From Octopus sinensis (Eukaryota): a stretch of DNA of 64,000 bases. Location of the stretch: the NCBI RefSeq assembly GCF_006345805.1, contig NC_043016.1:20956001-21020000 (forward strand), written 5' to 3'. Both the position numbers and the translations under genes were made by a program. How positions within the stretch are numbered: the first letter of the stretch is position 1; each line of letters begins with the position of its first letter. Under the pieces are notes generated by a model, which was not told the origin of the DNA, searched no databases, and saw only the letters and a program-made list of their open reading frames with translations. Positions 1 to 13,671 of this stretch are shown in pieces.

Positions 1-470
1 GAAGTAGTCCACTGGTGCAAAAACTCAAGGTAATCTGAAGTCCTTCCTGATCTCCCTCTTCCACAGGTTCCACACTTAGTGCTCAGTACTTTCTTTTGTA
101 GCTATCATCCTCTTTATGATTCACATACCCATACTAGTGCAGTCTTCTCCCCTGCACACTACATCAGATTCTTCTAATATCTTTTTTTTCTCAGCTTGTT
201 TGTTCTCTATTGTTCATACAAATTCAGTGAAGCATGGTAACTTCATTTTATTCTGACCTTTGCAAATCATTTACCTTGTCACCATGCAGCATTACACTTC
301 AAACACAGCGTCATACAATCTATCTTTCACATTAAGAGAAAAGTCCTTTGTTGCTACAAGAGATAATAGTTCCCTGAACTTTCCCCAACACATTCCTGCA
401 CTTGCTAATTAGCTAAACCAGGTAACAAAAGCTATCATCTGCATATTTGAAAAAATCTATGACCATTTGC
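1..470 (-). mobile_element. RTE LINE 3' fragment
   Basis: Reverse complement resembles 48000-48400 (GAACCTGTGGAAGAGG, GAGAAGACTGCACTAGTATGGG). Confidence 0.65.
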
Positions 471-667
471 ACCAGCTGCATATGAAGTCTAACTTCTCTA
501 TTAGCTTGTCTTTAAATCTATTACATCTCTTATACATTCATTGTTTACAGAGTATGCCATATAGGAGCTTTCTAACATTCCTTTTCTACAAACCAAGAAA
601 AGCCATTTTCTGAATTGTAGTAGGGACCTACCTTCTCTCCTGATGAAAATATGTCTATTAAGCTTAC

Positions 668-740
668 TTTGAGTCATCTCAATTCTAAGCTTTGATTCCA
701 TTTCTAGAATTCTTTCTCCAAAATTTCTGTCCGAAATATA
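668..740 (-). CDS. Tango1: Probable further TANGO1-like coiled-coil exon
   Basis: Acceptor ctgtttatAG and donor GTaagc; phase 0 to 1. Encodes YISDRNFGERILEMESKLRIEMTQ. The acceptor choice is less certain than for the other exons. Confidence 0.6.
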
Positions 741-1414
741 CTATAAACAGTCAGTTTTAAACTTCACTGGTAACGCTTGGAAGATTATAATAAACAGAAG
801 AGAGCGGAATAAACCAAGTGGAATATTGAGTACTGATGGACACCTACCTGCTAAATTTGTCATTGCACTCATTCACCATGCTGATCTCCACATGCACAAC
901 CCTCACAAGCTATTTGTCTATGACTAGATTCTTTAGGAACCACAATATTTCAAAGCAAAGGCTCTCTCTTAAGCTTTCACAAGAATGATATGTATATGGG
1001 TTGATTTTTAGCTAACGTCTGTCAAGGAAAACGCCATCAATAGTACAGCTTCCTTGCACAAAGGCAAGGAGTATTTCATCAAGGTTACTCCTGTTCCTAA
1101 TTGCTTTTACAATAACTCTTTCTGTAACTTTGATAGCATGCACCAACAGTTTGAAGCCTCAGCAGCTGTCTCTCTTTAGTGCATCTGTAGTGCATCCTTG
1201 TAGCATAAATGATGTCAGATCTTGGTTATATCCTCCTGTATTACCTCAATGACTGTCCTATTGCAGCAGTTGATTCCTCCTCTTACTCATTCTATCTACC
1301 CCATAATAATGTAAATGATACACACACACAAACACGTGTGTGTGTGTGTGTGTGTGCACAAGCACACGAATGTGTGTGTTGAAGAGTGCAAAACAAATGT
1401 TGCTAATTATTTAC

Positions 1415-1525
1415 CTCATCATCTTTCTGTTCAATCATGGAACTGTGATCCAGCAATTTATCTTGGAGACATGATACTTGAAATGCTAAAGTTTCCATCT
1501 CTTTCCTCAACTTTCGATTTTCAAG
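1415..1525 (-). CDS. Tango1: TANGO1-like coiled-coil exon
   Basis: Acceptor ttcttgttacAG and donor GTaaat; phase 0 to 0. Encodes LENRKLRKEMETLAFQVSCLQDKLLDHSSMIEQKDDE with heptad character. Confidence 0.85.
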
Positions 1526-1612
1526 CTGTAACAAGAAATTGATATATTTTTTTAATGAATATATATATACCCTTACATAAAAGGAAGAATTTGGTGTTTT
1601 ATAAGAGAGATT

Positions 1613-1655
<43 letters not shown>

Positions 1656-1742
1656 ACAGATTTGTCAAATATGTCTGTGTGTGTTGAATATTCCATATCT
1701 CCTTCATGTGTTTTATTGAGATCTGTTCTCCCTATCTGTTAA

Positions 1743-1963
1743 CCATTTAGCATTTAAACCAACTGTATCCAGATCAAATATTCTACCAGTTTTATGCTCA
1801 AACTAGTTAGATCTGGCCTTTTACACCTATCCCATAATGTCATTCTAAAAAATAAACATTCACACCATCAAAATCTCAAAACAATGAGGTAGTGTATGAT
1901 TAATTAAGAACAATGTGAATGAATAAGCATTACATCTGCCAGAGTGATCTGAATGTTAAGGGG
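1743..1963. mobile_element. piggyBac-type MITE
   Basis: TTAA-CCATTTAGCATT...GAATGTTAAGGGG-TCAA: degenerate CCCTTTAGC termini with TTAA-like flanks, similar to the ends of the 41910-45834 element. Confidence 0.6.
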
Positions 1964-2259
1964 TCAAATCATACAGACATTGAAGACAAAGAACTGAGAA
2001 CTTGTTTAGTTGCTATGCACCCATGGCAATTATATATCTCACTTTGATGAATGAAAATTGTACTGCCTTGGATCATGTTTGTGTATGCATGTGTGTGTAC
2101 ATGATGTATATAAATACATATACACAAATTAATAACAAACTGGAGAAGAAATATTTAATAGAGTTCAACAGTTTACTTAGGCCGCTCTCGTGGTCTGCTA
2201 CTCTGGAGTTACCCCAATGTGTAGTTGATTCTTCAAGCATTGTTAGAAAAACTATAGAG

Positions 2260-2547
2260 CAGTAGTTTCCAAAGTGAGAGGTATTGCTCCCCTGGGGGTG
2301 GTGGAAAGTCCCCAAGGGGGGTGTGTGAAGAAAAGTGGGGCAATAATGGGGTAGCGATTCATGTAAAAACAACAAAATAATGGGTTTGTGAGGTTAAGAT
2401 TTATTTGTGAAATACAGTTGCTTTGAATTTGCTTCAGAAAGAGGCCTATGTTTGTGATCGTTACTTGGGATGGGGGCGCTAGGAATGTGGTCTGGGCGTC
2501 AGGAGGGGGGTGGGGGGCAGCAACCCGAAAATGTTTGGGAACCACTG
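2260..2547. mobile_element. hAT (Charlie-type) MITE
   Basis: TIRs CAGTAGTTTCCAAA / TTTGGGAACCACTG; 8-bp TSD CTATAGAG / CTCTAGAG, matching the NTCTAGAN Charlie target. Confidence 0.85.
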
Positions 2548-2789
2548 CTCTAGAGCAATAGGTCACTGGGATAGTCTAAAAGGACTCTGTGTGTGTGTGT
2601 ATTTTATCAAAGGTGCCTGTAAGATTAACAGTTTAGCTGTTAAGTTTTAGTGTGATAGATGGCTAAACGATAGATGAGGTTATCAAGCAAAAAAAAAAAA
2701 GAAAAGGAAAACAACAAGCTCATCAGTGATAGCTGATAAGATGCTAAAAAGTATCTGGCAAAGAAAGGTGCACACTAGTTATTTGTATA

Positions 2790-3250
2790 GCAAATAAGGT
2801 GGTTCAAGGAAGTGGAAAGCCAGTAAGTGGCATGGCAGTAACATTATGAACTACAAGGGTAAAGAAGGTGCATGAGAAAGATATAACTCTTGAGATATCA
2901 AATAGATGCACCAAATCATGAAAGTGACAGTGGAAATTATAGCAAAGTTAATCAATGAGAGAACTAGCTTAGACGAGATGCAGTGTGGAATTGTGCTTAA
3001 GACATGAGGTCACTGATGTTCTTGTGTCAGTGAGGCAATTACAAGAATTTCTTAGCCACAAACAAACCACTATACATAGCATTCGTTGTCTTGGAGAAAA
3101 CATTGGCAGAGTACCACACTCTGTAGTTCAGTGGTTGTTAAGAATACTAGAAATAGAAGAATGGTTTGTGAGAGCAGTGTCTTGGTTGTGTATAGAGATT
3201 CCATTAACAAAGTGAATTACCAACAAACTTAGTGAGAGTTTAGTGAAATG
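2790..3250 (+). mobile_element. RTE LINE RT fragment
   Basis: Degenerate match to 47040-47400 (LDEMQ.G.V, RQLQE.FL, RVP.SVV.W). Confidence 0.75.
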
Positions 3251-4062
3251 ACAGGCAAGCAGAGAGGAAAGAATGACTTCATAAGCAACCAGATGCAAAG
3301 ACTAGTCAACAGTAAAGAGCATGTAAGAAAGAAATTCTTTCAACTGCTCAGAAGGCTCATTTGGAATAACTGATAGTTTGTTACCAAGGTAATAAAATTG
3401 GCAACTGGAGTGAGTGTAGAAACAACATAGTATCCAGAGTAAGAACAAAGTGGCAAACCTCCAGAAGGTATTACAGTTGTTGTCTCTCTAAGAATGGTAG
3501 GACAGCTGCATGACACTTATGTGTGAAGTGCAATAATGTGAAGGTGGGAAAAAAAAATAAATGAAGTAAACACTCTCCACCATATATTTGTGTCAGTGTG
3601 CATGAATGCAGAGGCACAAATACTCTGAGAGAAAACTGGGTACCAGAAATAGCCAGAAAGAAAATTGTAATGGGATGGTTATGTGAGGCACAGGTAGAAT
3701 GATAGTTGGATTGGGAAAGTGTCAGCCTCCCAAAAGAGATGACAACAGGCTGCAACAAGTGGAAAGAAACCATATTGAAACTGACAAACAAAACAAATAC
3801 TAACATAGAAATGTAGATGTAAAACTGATGATAATGGTATATACTAACACATACACAGATATTTTATATGTGTATATTTATATACAAACCAAAGGATCAA
3901 AGGTTCTTCCTGAGCCACAGGTGCACAAGGCTGGTTTACTGAACATGAATTGAAGTGTTTTACTCAAGAACACAATGCATCACCAAGTTCGGGAATTAAA
4001 ACCACAATCTTAGATTATGATTACAATACCCTAATAACCTAAGCCAGGTGCTTCCACAAAAT

Positions 4063-4100
<38 letters not shown>

Positions 4101-4226
4101 ATTAGATATGTATAAACCCATACAAACTCATGCAAATACAAGATATACACTTGATATACAAGCTTTCTCCTGTTCTTTCACTCATACACACATTTATCCT
4201 TCATACATTCACATTTATAGACTCAC

Positions 4227-4304
4227 CTTGTATTGTTCAAGGTCTACTTCAAATGATCCAGTAGAATCAGCATGGGTTCTCGCTTCCTCCTCCATCAAAG
4301 TAAG
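4227..4304 (-). CDS. Tango1: TANGO1-like coiled-coil exon
   Basis: Acceptor tttacttcacAG and donor GTgagt; phase 0 to 0. Encodes LTLMEEEARTHADSTGSFEVDLEQYK. Confidence 0.82.
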
Positions 4305-4334
4305 CTGTGAAGTAAAAACTTTATATATATATAT

Positions 4335-6140
4335 ATTGCTGGGCCAGGTCATGAAAGTTATGGAAAAAGTTATAGCTCAATTAGAGAAAGTTAAAATTGA
4401 TGAGCTCAGTTTTGTGCCAATAATGAAACAACTGTAGGAGCTAAAAGTAAGCCACTGTACACAGCATTTTTTGACTCTGTTGACAGGGGTCCCTTGTTTT
4501 GTGAGCTGGTGATTACTGAGGAAGCTAAGGGTAGACAAATGGCTTGTGAGAGTCTTACAATTCATGTATATGGGTGCTGTCAACAAAGAGAATTAGTAAT
4601 GAATTTAGTGTGCAGGTAAGAGATCCTAACAGGGTTCATTTCTCATTATTCTCCAATTCATTATAGTCTTCTATGTTATAACAGGAGTTTAAGATGAGTT
4701 TACCATGGGAACTGTGACATGCTGATGACAGTTGATATAGCTGAATTTATAGTAGAATTAGTCAAAAAAGTAGTGAGAAAGTAAAATTCAGAATTAAACT
4801 GCCTTGAAGTTAACTTAGTAAAGACTAAAGTTTTAGTAAGCAAGGAAACAAATAAGATGCTAATTTCCTCAGGAAAATGGCCCTGTTTGATAAGTAGGAA
4901 AGCTGTAAGCAGAAATTCCTATAGTGTACTCAGTACAAGCTAAGGAAACACAAAAAGTTTAACAGAGAAAGTAGCCTTTGTATGTGACAGATCCACAGGA
5001 GCAATAAACACCAAAAATAAAAACCAGGGGAAATGGGTTTTCATAAATGTCCAGGAGGATCAACAGAGGTAATGGATAGCTTTTGTTACCCAGGGACCTT
5101 GCTAACAGTGAAAAAATAACAGGCTGGAGAAAGGTCAGAGAGCTTACAACTCAGTTGGCAACAAAAGATTTCTCTCATAGTGAAAGGTAGATTGTATGAT
5201 CCTTGTGTACAAACAGCACTGCTACATGGTAAAGAGTCTGAATGTGGTAGACTAGTGAAAAGTAGAAAGTGAAATTAGAATACTCCATTGTAACATGCAT
5301 TGTAATGAATAACAAAACACAGATGTGTTGAGAGAAATATAGGACATATGTAGAAGAAGATGACCAAGTCAGCAGTGGAGGAGGATGCTCAGAGAACATA
5401 GCTGCTAGAATAAGAATGGGCTGGGCAAAGTTCAGAGAGCTGCTACCTCTGTTGGTAACAAAGGACCTCTCCATCAGAGTGAAAGGCTGACTGTACGATG
5501 CCTGTGTGTAAACAACTATGCTACATGGCAGTGAAACATGGGCTGTGACTGCAGAGGACATGTGAAGGCTTGAAAGAAAGGAAGCCAGTATGTTCCACTG
5601 GATGCGTAAAATCAGTGTGCACGTACAACAGAGTGTAAATGTCTTAAGTGAAAAATTGGGTAATAAGAGGGATCAGATGTAGTATGCAAGAGAGAAGACT
5701 GGGCTGATATGGATGAGGACAGCTGTGTAAAGAAGTACTGATCAATAAATGTAGAGGGAACCTGTGGAAGAGGTATACTCAGGAAGATGTGGGATGAGGA
5801 GTTGAAATATGACCTTCGAATGTTGTAACTCACAGAGCTGATGACAAGTGACCGAAACATTTGGCGATTTGCTGTGCTTGAGAAGACATGTCAAACTAAG
5901 TAAAATCATGTAGTCATGGCCAGTGCAGGTGACACACAAAAGGCACCCATGCTGGCGACATGTAAAAGGTACTTAGTACATTCTGGAGTGGTTGATATTA
6001 GGAAGGGCATCCAGTCATAGAAATCAAACAAAAGCAAACTGGAGCCTGGTGCAGCTCTCCAGTTTATCAGTTCCATTTAAATCATCTAATCCATGCTAAC
6101 GAGGAAAACAGATGCTAAATGATGATGGTGTTGATGATGA
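4335..6140 (+). mobile_element. Rearranged RTE LINE fragments with 3' tail
   Basis: Homologous to 47100-48870 (LDQVMKVMEKVIAQL, WAKFRELLPLL, KGRLYDACV). The segment near 5100-5300 is repeated at 5340-5600. Confidence 0.85.
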
Positions 6141-8962
6141 TGAGAGAAGAAGACTGTTGAATAAAGTGCTGGTTACTTAATGTGGATGGAACTTATGGAA
6201 GAGAGAGACTCAAAAAGACATGAAACTAAGTAGTGAAGGCTGATATCAGGACTTAGAACCTATACAGATGACAAAGGAGCAGAATGACTGATGTAATGAA
6301 GTGCTCAAGAAGACCATCTGAACTTGGTGACATTGAGGTTTTGGAAGCATAACGTGTATAACTACAACCAAGTCCTTTGCCCAGTTTCCTTCTCAAGGCT
6401 TCCCCAACATTTATTGTCTCTCTATCATTGATGCCTCCATCATCTGCCTACCTGCAATATTCCACTGCTGTCATGAAATGAGAGCAGTGGAATATTTCAT
6501 CATCATCTTTTTCTATCTTACTATCTGGAACCAATTTCATTTGACATCCATCCTTCATTCTTAACACTGTCCAACTCCACTCACATTTTACATTGATCAC
6601 GCATCTCTCATTTCCCAACATCATACAACCCTCCCCACACACTGCATTTGTTTCTCTTCTCAAACTCTTGCAACTTACCCACCTGCACAATATCTCCTTT
6701 TCATCTTTCCCTTGTACTATAAAATTACCACTATTCTCTTTTCTGTATGGTCAGTCATCACCTACTTTTCCCTGTCTTTCATCCAACTCATATGTATCAT
6801 TGATCACATCTCCACCTTTGTGCACCATTCATTGCATCTACCCTTCAACCCAGTCAAAACCTCCAATCAACCTTCATTATCACCATACACTCTTGCAACA
6901 TCTACCCAAAACACCCTACCTGTGCTTCTATCTCTACTCATCTTTATGTAACATGAGGTTCCACTTTGACACCTCATCACCACTACTTTTGTTTATCTCT
7001 CTTGCTGGCTCCATTCTCCTTACTTTTATCCACTCTTGTGTAATGCAAGTAGTTATGGATCTCCTGACAATAAGATATCTGTTTCAGCTGCTTCTTACCA
7101 CCTAACACAAAACTATCTACTTCTTTACTATAACCTTATTCAATCAAAGGGAATCTTAATCTTGTAAGCTATGTGGCAACTTTACTAGTGTTGGTACTAT
7201 GCAAAAAGCATCCAGTATAATCTCTAAAGAAGTTGGTGTTAGGAAAGGCATCAAGCTGTAGGAACTATGCCAAAGCAGATATTGAAGCACAATGCAGCCC
7301 TCTGACTTCTTAGGTCCTGTTGAACTGTCCAACACATGCCAGAATCTTTAGTACACTATCACACATGCAGTTATCTATTAGTTAACTTTATAGTTTGTTT
7401 TATAGGTGCCATGAAGATTATTAGTTATTTAGAATGTATAGACCACTATTATATATGATTAAATCCGATAGGTTACCACAAATCCTTAGTTCTAGGTAAA
7501 TAGAGTTAGATGATATGTTCCTTCATCATCACATGCAACACAAATAATAGTTTCAGGATATATAGATTAATTAGGGATAGAACTTAGTGGAATGGGAAAA
7601 ATCTTGCTAGATGATCATGCCATTCATTAGACAGTTTAGGCCTACATATAAGAAAAGTGAGAAGATTAAGGGTACTGCACTGTTGGCTAAAACTAAATAG
7701 AGAGGTTATGTAATGCCTTCAAAATATTTAAAGGTACAGGTTACTTTATGGATACATGAAAGATGAAGGTTTAATTTATTATTAATTAAATTTTCACTTT
7801 TCCCTACAATTTAATATTTCACACAACACCATACACCATAGTCTGCACTTGTATCTGCTTTTAGAGAATGGTTTTGCCACCCTAATTATATCCCATTTTA
7901 AACTGAATTAGATGTTATCATCTTGGAGTTCCCAAACCTTAATTTAAGAGATGATAAATGGCTGCGTAATTGCTGTTTCAGATTTACAGAGCAACCTATA
8001 TAAATGTAAGTATTACTCACTGTCATCACATTACACCTGTAAACTACATTTTCAGCCATACAGTGACCAGAAAGCAGACATAAATTAGTAATTAACACAA
8101 CATGTGCGTTAGACAGGCCCCTAGTGTTAAATTTTCAGTATACATAACCTGAATATTTCACTGGATGTACTTCAGTATCCAGTATATTTATTTGACTAAA
8201 GGAGGTGTTTACAAGTTAATTCAATTGAACCCAGTGCCTATCATTTAAGTACCTGATTCTCTCCCGAATCCTTAATATTGCATATATATGTATATATATC
8301 GTTTGTAAAACACATAAATTCAAAAGAAGAAGCACACTCTACGATGAAGAGCAGTATACCTTCCCCATTTTTAATATATAAAATCTGGCAGACTTTGATT
8401 CAGTGAAAAGAATGTACATATGCACTACGCCTCAGGAGAGAATTTATGATTCAGAAGCTATGAAACTGCACCTCTTTCTATTGGTTTATGCAGGAAGTGG
8501 GGGGGGGGAGACAAGGGGGAAAAAGAGTGAAAGAATGAACTGGTAATATATGCAGAGAGTGAAAAGAAGCTAAGTGGAAAGTGAGGGGTGTAGTAACTAG
8601 TAGAGAAGGAAGACCAAAAGATAGAGTTAAGGCTAGGATAGGAGAAAAAATGTAAGGAATTAAAGTTGGCCCAACACAGATATCATAAGAACGAGGGAAG
8701 GACAGAGTAGAGGAAAGAAAGAGTGGGATAGTATAGAGAGTACTAGAAGAAGAAGCAAATTAGTAGGGGGTTATATGTTGGAAGATATTACTAAAAAAAG
8801 ACTAGAATGGGATATGACAAACATATACTTGTAAGAAGCGATGAGTCATTTCTGGTCAAAAGGTGACAAAGGTCACATTATTAGGAATAAAATCTATTTT
8901 AAAACACATGATATATAAAATTCCAAGGCATTTAAAAATATGGAAGCAACTTTAAAAGCCTT

Positions 8963-9051
8963 TGAACAACAACAACAACAACAACAATAATAATAATAAT
9001 AATAATAATAATAAGTATAATAACAATAACAACAACAACAACAACAACAAC

Positions 9052-9083
<32 letters not shown>

Positions 9084-9139
9084 TAAAGATGATGATAATA
9101 ATAATAATAATAATAATAATAACGATGATAATAATAATA
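8963..9139. repeat. Compound (AAC)n/(AAT)n/(GAT) microsatellite
   Basis: Direct reading; it produces the spurious poly-N/I/Y ORFs in the track. Confidence 0.95.
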
Positions 9140-9145
9140 CAGTAC

Positions 9146-9234
9146 CTTCTCACACATGGTTTGAACCTTATCCTCAAGAATCTCATTTTCCTTTGTTGTG
9201 ATGAATAGCTTCTCTTCAAGGTTTCGGATAATTG
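9146..9234 (-). CDS. Tango1: TANGO1-like exon, start of cytoplasmic coiled coil
   Basis: Acceptor tatttctcAG and donor GTactg; phase 1 to 0. Encodes (S)IIRNLEEKLFITTKENEILEDKVQTMCEK, similar to the remembered invertebrate Tango1 motif L..LE..L....KEN.I. Confidence 0.88.
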
Positions 9235-9397
9235 CTGAGAAATAATAATAATGAAGTTAATGATAATAAATACACAAATATATGTGAAATATACATATAT
9301 ATATACACACACACACACACATATATATATACATATATATATACTCATACACACACACACACACATACATATGTTCATAAACACGTGTACATATATA

Positions 9398-9690
9398 TCT
9401 ATATATATAAAATTGAGAATGTGTGTCTGTCTGTGTGCATCACTAAAATTCAAGAATGACCCAACTGATTTCATTCAAATTTTGCACATGCCTTACTTAG
9501 GATCCATGCAGTGTCAAGGGCCAAGAAAATTTTCAACTTCTTGCCTAATGTGATCCCGGAGCAATCTCTTATCTCTTACATTATTTCAGTATTATGTGCC
9601 CAAAGTGAAACAATAACATCTCTATTGTACTGTCAGTTTCTCCCTAGGTCAAATTGCTATTTCCTGGTATTGAAAAATCACAGCTCTGGT
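9398..9690 (+). mobile_element. Probable non-autonomous Helitron 5' end
   Basis: Starts TCTATATATATAAAATTGAGAATGTGTGTCTGTC, the TC(TA)nAAA pattern of Helitron 5' termini. Confidence 0.4.
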
Positions 9691-10251
9691 ACAATGGACA
9701 TTTGGTAAGAATGTTGTAGGAAAGAATTACAAGACAGATTCATCAAGCTGAGCTAATTGGCAGTAGACCTGGGGCTAGACCAAGTGTGAAATGGTTGGAT
9801 AATAGCCATTGTCTCAATTGGTCATGCTAGGGAATGCAGCAGCAAAGGGTAATGATAGTTGCTTCTGATATAATCCCAAGGAGGTGGTATCTGAAGACTC
9901 TATCAAGATAATCCATCCAGAAATGGTTGGTGACAAAAATGGATGGATGGATGGATGAATGTCTGATAGAATAGCTCAACTTCAGATACTTTTTTAAAAA
10001 GGCTTCACATCACCTATAAGGCCAATTAAAGATGTCTAATAGGTTTAAATATTCCAGCTACCATTTATTAGATCGTTATTATAAACTTACAGAGGAATAT
10101 GGTCCACTGTGAGATCAATCACTCAAAACTATTTGGCATGATGAAATAATCCTGTTTAAAACAATACACTTGTACACACAAACACACACGCAGACACACA
10201 TACACACACTCAAACTCACATACACGCACAATACTGAAATTAAAAACTTAC

Positions 10252-10282
10252 AGAGTGGATTCTCCTTTGGTTTATTGCTCCC
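10252..10282 (-). CDS. Tango1: TANGO1-like 31-nt mini-exon (juxtamembrane)
   Basis: Acceptor cttctacatgcAG and donor GTaagt; phase 0 to 1. Encodes GSNKPKENPL and supplies the phase change needed between the flanking exons. Confidence 0.78.
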
Positions 10283-10514
10283 CTGCATGTAGAAGAAACA
10301 GAAGTAGAAATAATATATGCCTACAAGTACATGCATATATAAAAACATGCAAACATATGCAAGAAAAAGCAGTAGATCCTCCAGGTATTGCTACTGAATT
10401 ATTGAAAATATCAAATGAAGTAAAACTCAAGCTTGTTGCTCACATAGTCAACTGGTGAGGAAAGAATGATACCAAATGACTGGTATGCAATTATAATTGT
10501 CAACTGCTACAAAG

Positions 10515-10519
10515 GTAAA

Positions 10520-10582
<63 letters not shown>

Positions 10583-10657
10583 TATATATTATATATATAA
10601 ATAAAGTATATAGACATATATACATAAAATATATATATATGTATAAAAATATATAAT

Positions 10658-10699
<42 letters not shown>

Positions 10700-10780
10700 T
10701 ATGTGTATATATATTTTATGCATATATATTATATATAGGGAGAGATATATTATATATAGAGAGAAATATATTATATATGT
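10515..10780. repeat. (TA)n microsatellite
   Basis: Direct reading; similar tracts at 13280-13620, 19840-20000, 26265-26350 and 54700-54780. Confidence 0.95.
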
Positions 10781-11689
10781 GCCTGTTTGTCTCCCCATTA
10801 TTGCTTGACAACCAACGTCGGTGTGTTTACATCCATGTAACCTAGTGGTTATGTATAAGAGACCAATAGAATAAGTACTAGGCTTATAAAAAAATAAGTT
10901 GTGGTGCTCCAGCATGGCCACAGTCAAATGACTGAAACAAGCAAAAGAATAAAAGAATATGTATATATATATATATATATATAGATTGATCAGGACAGAA
11001 GACGGATTGTAACTGGTAACTGTAAGTGATGAACATACTCTACAGGCATTCTACCTGAGATTTACCCAAAACAAAACAAGGTTTGGATACAGCATTTTAA
11101 TGTGTCCTATCTAAACCTTAATTTTAATTTTAAACTTAACTTATAAGTATGTGTGTGTGTGTGTGTGTGCGTGCGTGCGTGGTGTGTGTTGTTTGTTTAC
11201 AGTTTTAAGACATGTTTTTGTTTTGTTTCATGTTAAACCTAACACTTTCTTGATGAATTACACCAACTTTTTCCAAGAGCTGAAATCAAAATGGTTGGTT
11301 GATGAAATGGCTTTATTCGCATCTATCTGTTTTTGTCTTTTACATAGTCATACATGCCCTTCATGCCTGCTTCCAAAGACTGAAATTATTGGATTTGTTG
11401 ACAGAAGAAAGAGACAATGCTACCTATTATCACACCATAGAAGTGATTGCAGATAAAACACACACATATACATGCTCTCACATATATGCACACACATATA
11501 CACAACATTCTTCTTTAAGTTTTTGTCTATGAAATCTACTCCAAAGGTCCTGATCAGCCCAGAGCTGTAGCAGAACACACTGATCCAAAGGGATGTGCAG
11601 TGAAGCACATGTGCATGCACATAGATAAGACTAAACACACTCAAATGCAAAAAAAGTACATGTATATATGCAAAAAAAAGTGTACTTAC

Positions 11690-11818
11690 GTTTGAACATG
11701 AGGTACAAAGAAGATATCCAATGAGAAACACCAGACTGAATATTGGAGCTAGGACCACCACATGAGTTGGGATACCCAGTGTCTCCTGTTGGACGATATC
11801 TCGGATACTATCGGGAGC
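11690..11818 (-). CDS. Tango1: TANGO1-like transmembrane exon
   Basis: Acceptor tatattacAG and donor GTaagt; phase 0 to 0. Encodes APDSIRDIVQQETLGIPTHVVVLAPIFSLVFLIGYLLCTSCSN. With the preceding IVDM it resembles the remembered cTAGE5/TANGO1 pattern VV..LPE.MR....L.G.P...V plus a TM helix. Confidence 0.9.
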
Positions 11819-13407
11819 CTGTAATATAAATGTGCCTGTATATACAAGTGTGTGTGAATCTCTGTAAATGTATGTGTGTGCGTAGGTGTATATGTTCATA
11901 TTGTTCTTTCTCTCTTTTTTTTCTATCACTATTACCATCATTACTGCTGTTATTGTTTTATATCAACTCAGCATGGTGGCTAGAATTGGATGAGTCATTT
12001 CTGCTCTCTTACATGGCTTAGGAACCACATCTAGTTTACAAGTTACGTTTCAGGTTTGATTTCTATGATTAGATGCCAGCCACTTTACAAATATACTGGG
12101 TACAATTTTCTATATCACCTAAATTGTCTAAAATTTCTAATACATCTAAAATATGAGATAAAAGTGACACAAGATATCAAGGTTAAGAGCAGTAAATAAA
12201 AAGGATCCAAAAAATAGGAGGTTGCTCCATCAACGGCCGCTTCAGGGTTACATTACTGGTCAGGGTTAAAAAATGAAAACTTCCATATATATATATATAT
12301 ATAATGTACTTATCATCAGGATGATGTACTCCTTGGTGGCTGCCATCATATTTTAGATATATTAGTAATTTTAGATTTAGGCAGTCTGCCATTTTGAAGA
12401 CTGACATTTTTATTCCTATATTTATCAACCTCTCATTCATTTTGTGCCCCCTGTATTTATCACGCATAACTTTTTACATACAATCCTTATTTATATGTGA
12501 TTTTATATGTATTTTTATATGCTTTTATATCTCTCCTATATTTTTATGTATGTTTGGTTTTACTCCTTATACCCCTGGAGAATCTTTACGCCAGTACATG
12601 CATGATTTATGTTAATGTGTATAAATATATATGATTTAATTACATTGATTGAATATCTTCATTTATGCGTTCAGGAATTTGGTTGACTGCCTAGGATTTG
12701 CGTTCTCATTTTCTTTTACTTTGTAATATTTTGCATTGGCTCTCTATGAGCACTCCATAAATAGCCCATACTCTCTATAACATACTTAAAACTATATCAC
12801 TATATACATATATAAATATGATATACATACGTAAGTCGGTGGGTATGTTTCTCTCTCTCTCTGTACACACATGCATGTACATACACACACACACACCCAC
12901 ATACACACCCACACATACACGACTGTTTACATTTGAAGTGGGTAAATGGGAGACAGGCAGGTAGAGAGAACAGACAGAGATAGATACGTATTTGTTCATA
13001 CAATATGATATATAGTTAATTCGAGAAAGTTAAGCCCTCATTAGGGATTGTATATAGGTATTCCACTGGTTGATTCCATATCATATAATGGTAAAGTCAT
13101 TTGTATATGTTTAGGATTATTAAAATTATTAATATCAAGGTAAAAACAAGAAGAAAACGGAGAATAAATGGATGATGGATTGAACCAACGGAATATCTTG
13201 GATTATATAATCCCTAATGAATACTTCACTTCCTTGAATTAACTGCATTACAAGAGCACATTTCCATGTGTATACAAGTGTTTCTATTTCATATTATATT
13301 ATATATATATAATAACCTCATAAATATGTATATATCCCAACATATATCTGTCCGAGGTTTTTTATGTATATATAAATATCTATCAATTTTTATAATATAT
13401 ATCCACA

Positions 13408-13467
<60 letters not shown>

Positions 13468-13518
13468 AATTACTTTCCACTGGAAAAATGGAACAACATA
13501 ATATATATATATATAAAC

Positions 13519-13578
<60 letters not shown>

Positions 13579-13671
13579 TACACAACAGACACATACACCC
13601 ACCCACATGTACATATATTTTTATGTGAATGTTTATACATATGTGTGTGTGTGTTGTGTGTCTATACTCAC

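Noticed and set aside
7898-8010. Candidate exon GCSVNLKQQLRSHLSSLKLR
   Set aside because: Phases (1 to 2) are incompatible with the phase-0 neighbours and the donor is weak.
11500-11574. Candidate extra exon LWADQDLWSRFHRQKLKEE after acceptor ctgctacAG
   Set aside because: No convincing donor, and the 11690-11818 exon already joins the 10252-10282 exon in phase. It cannot be fully excluded as a rare cassette exon.
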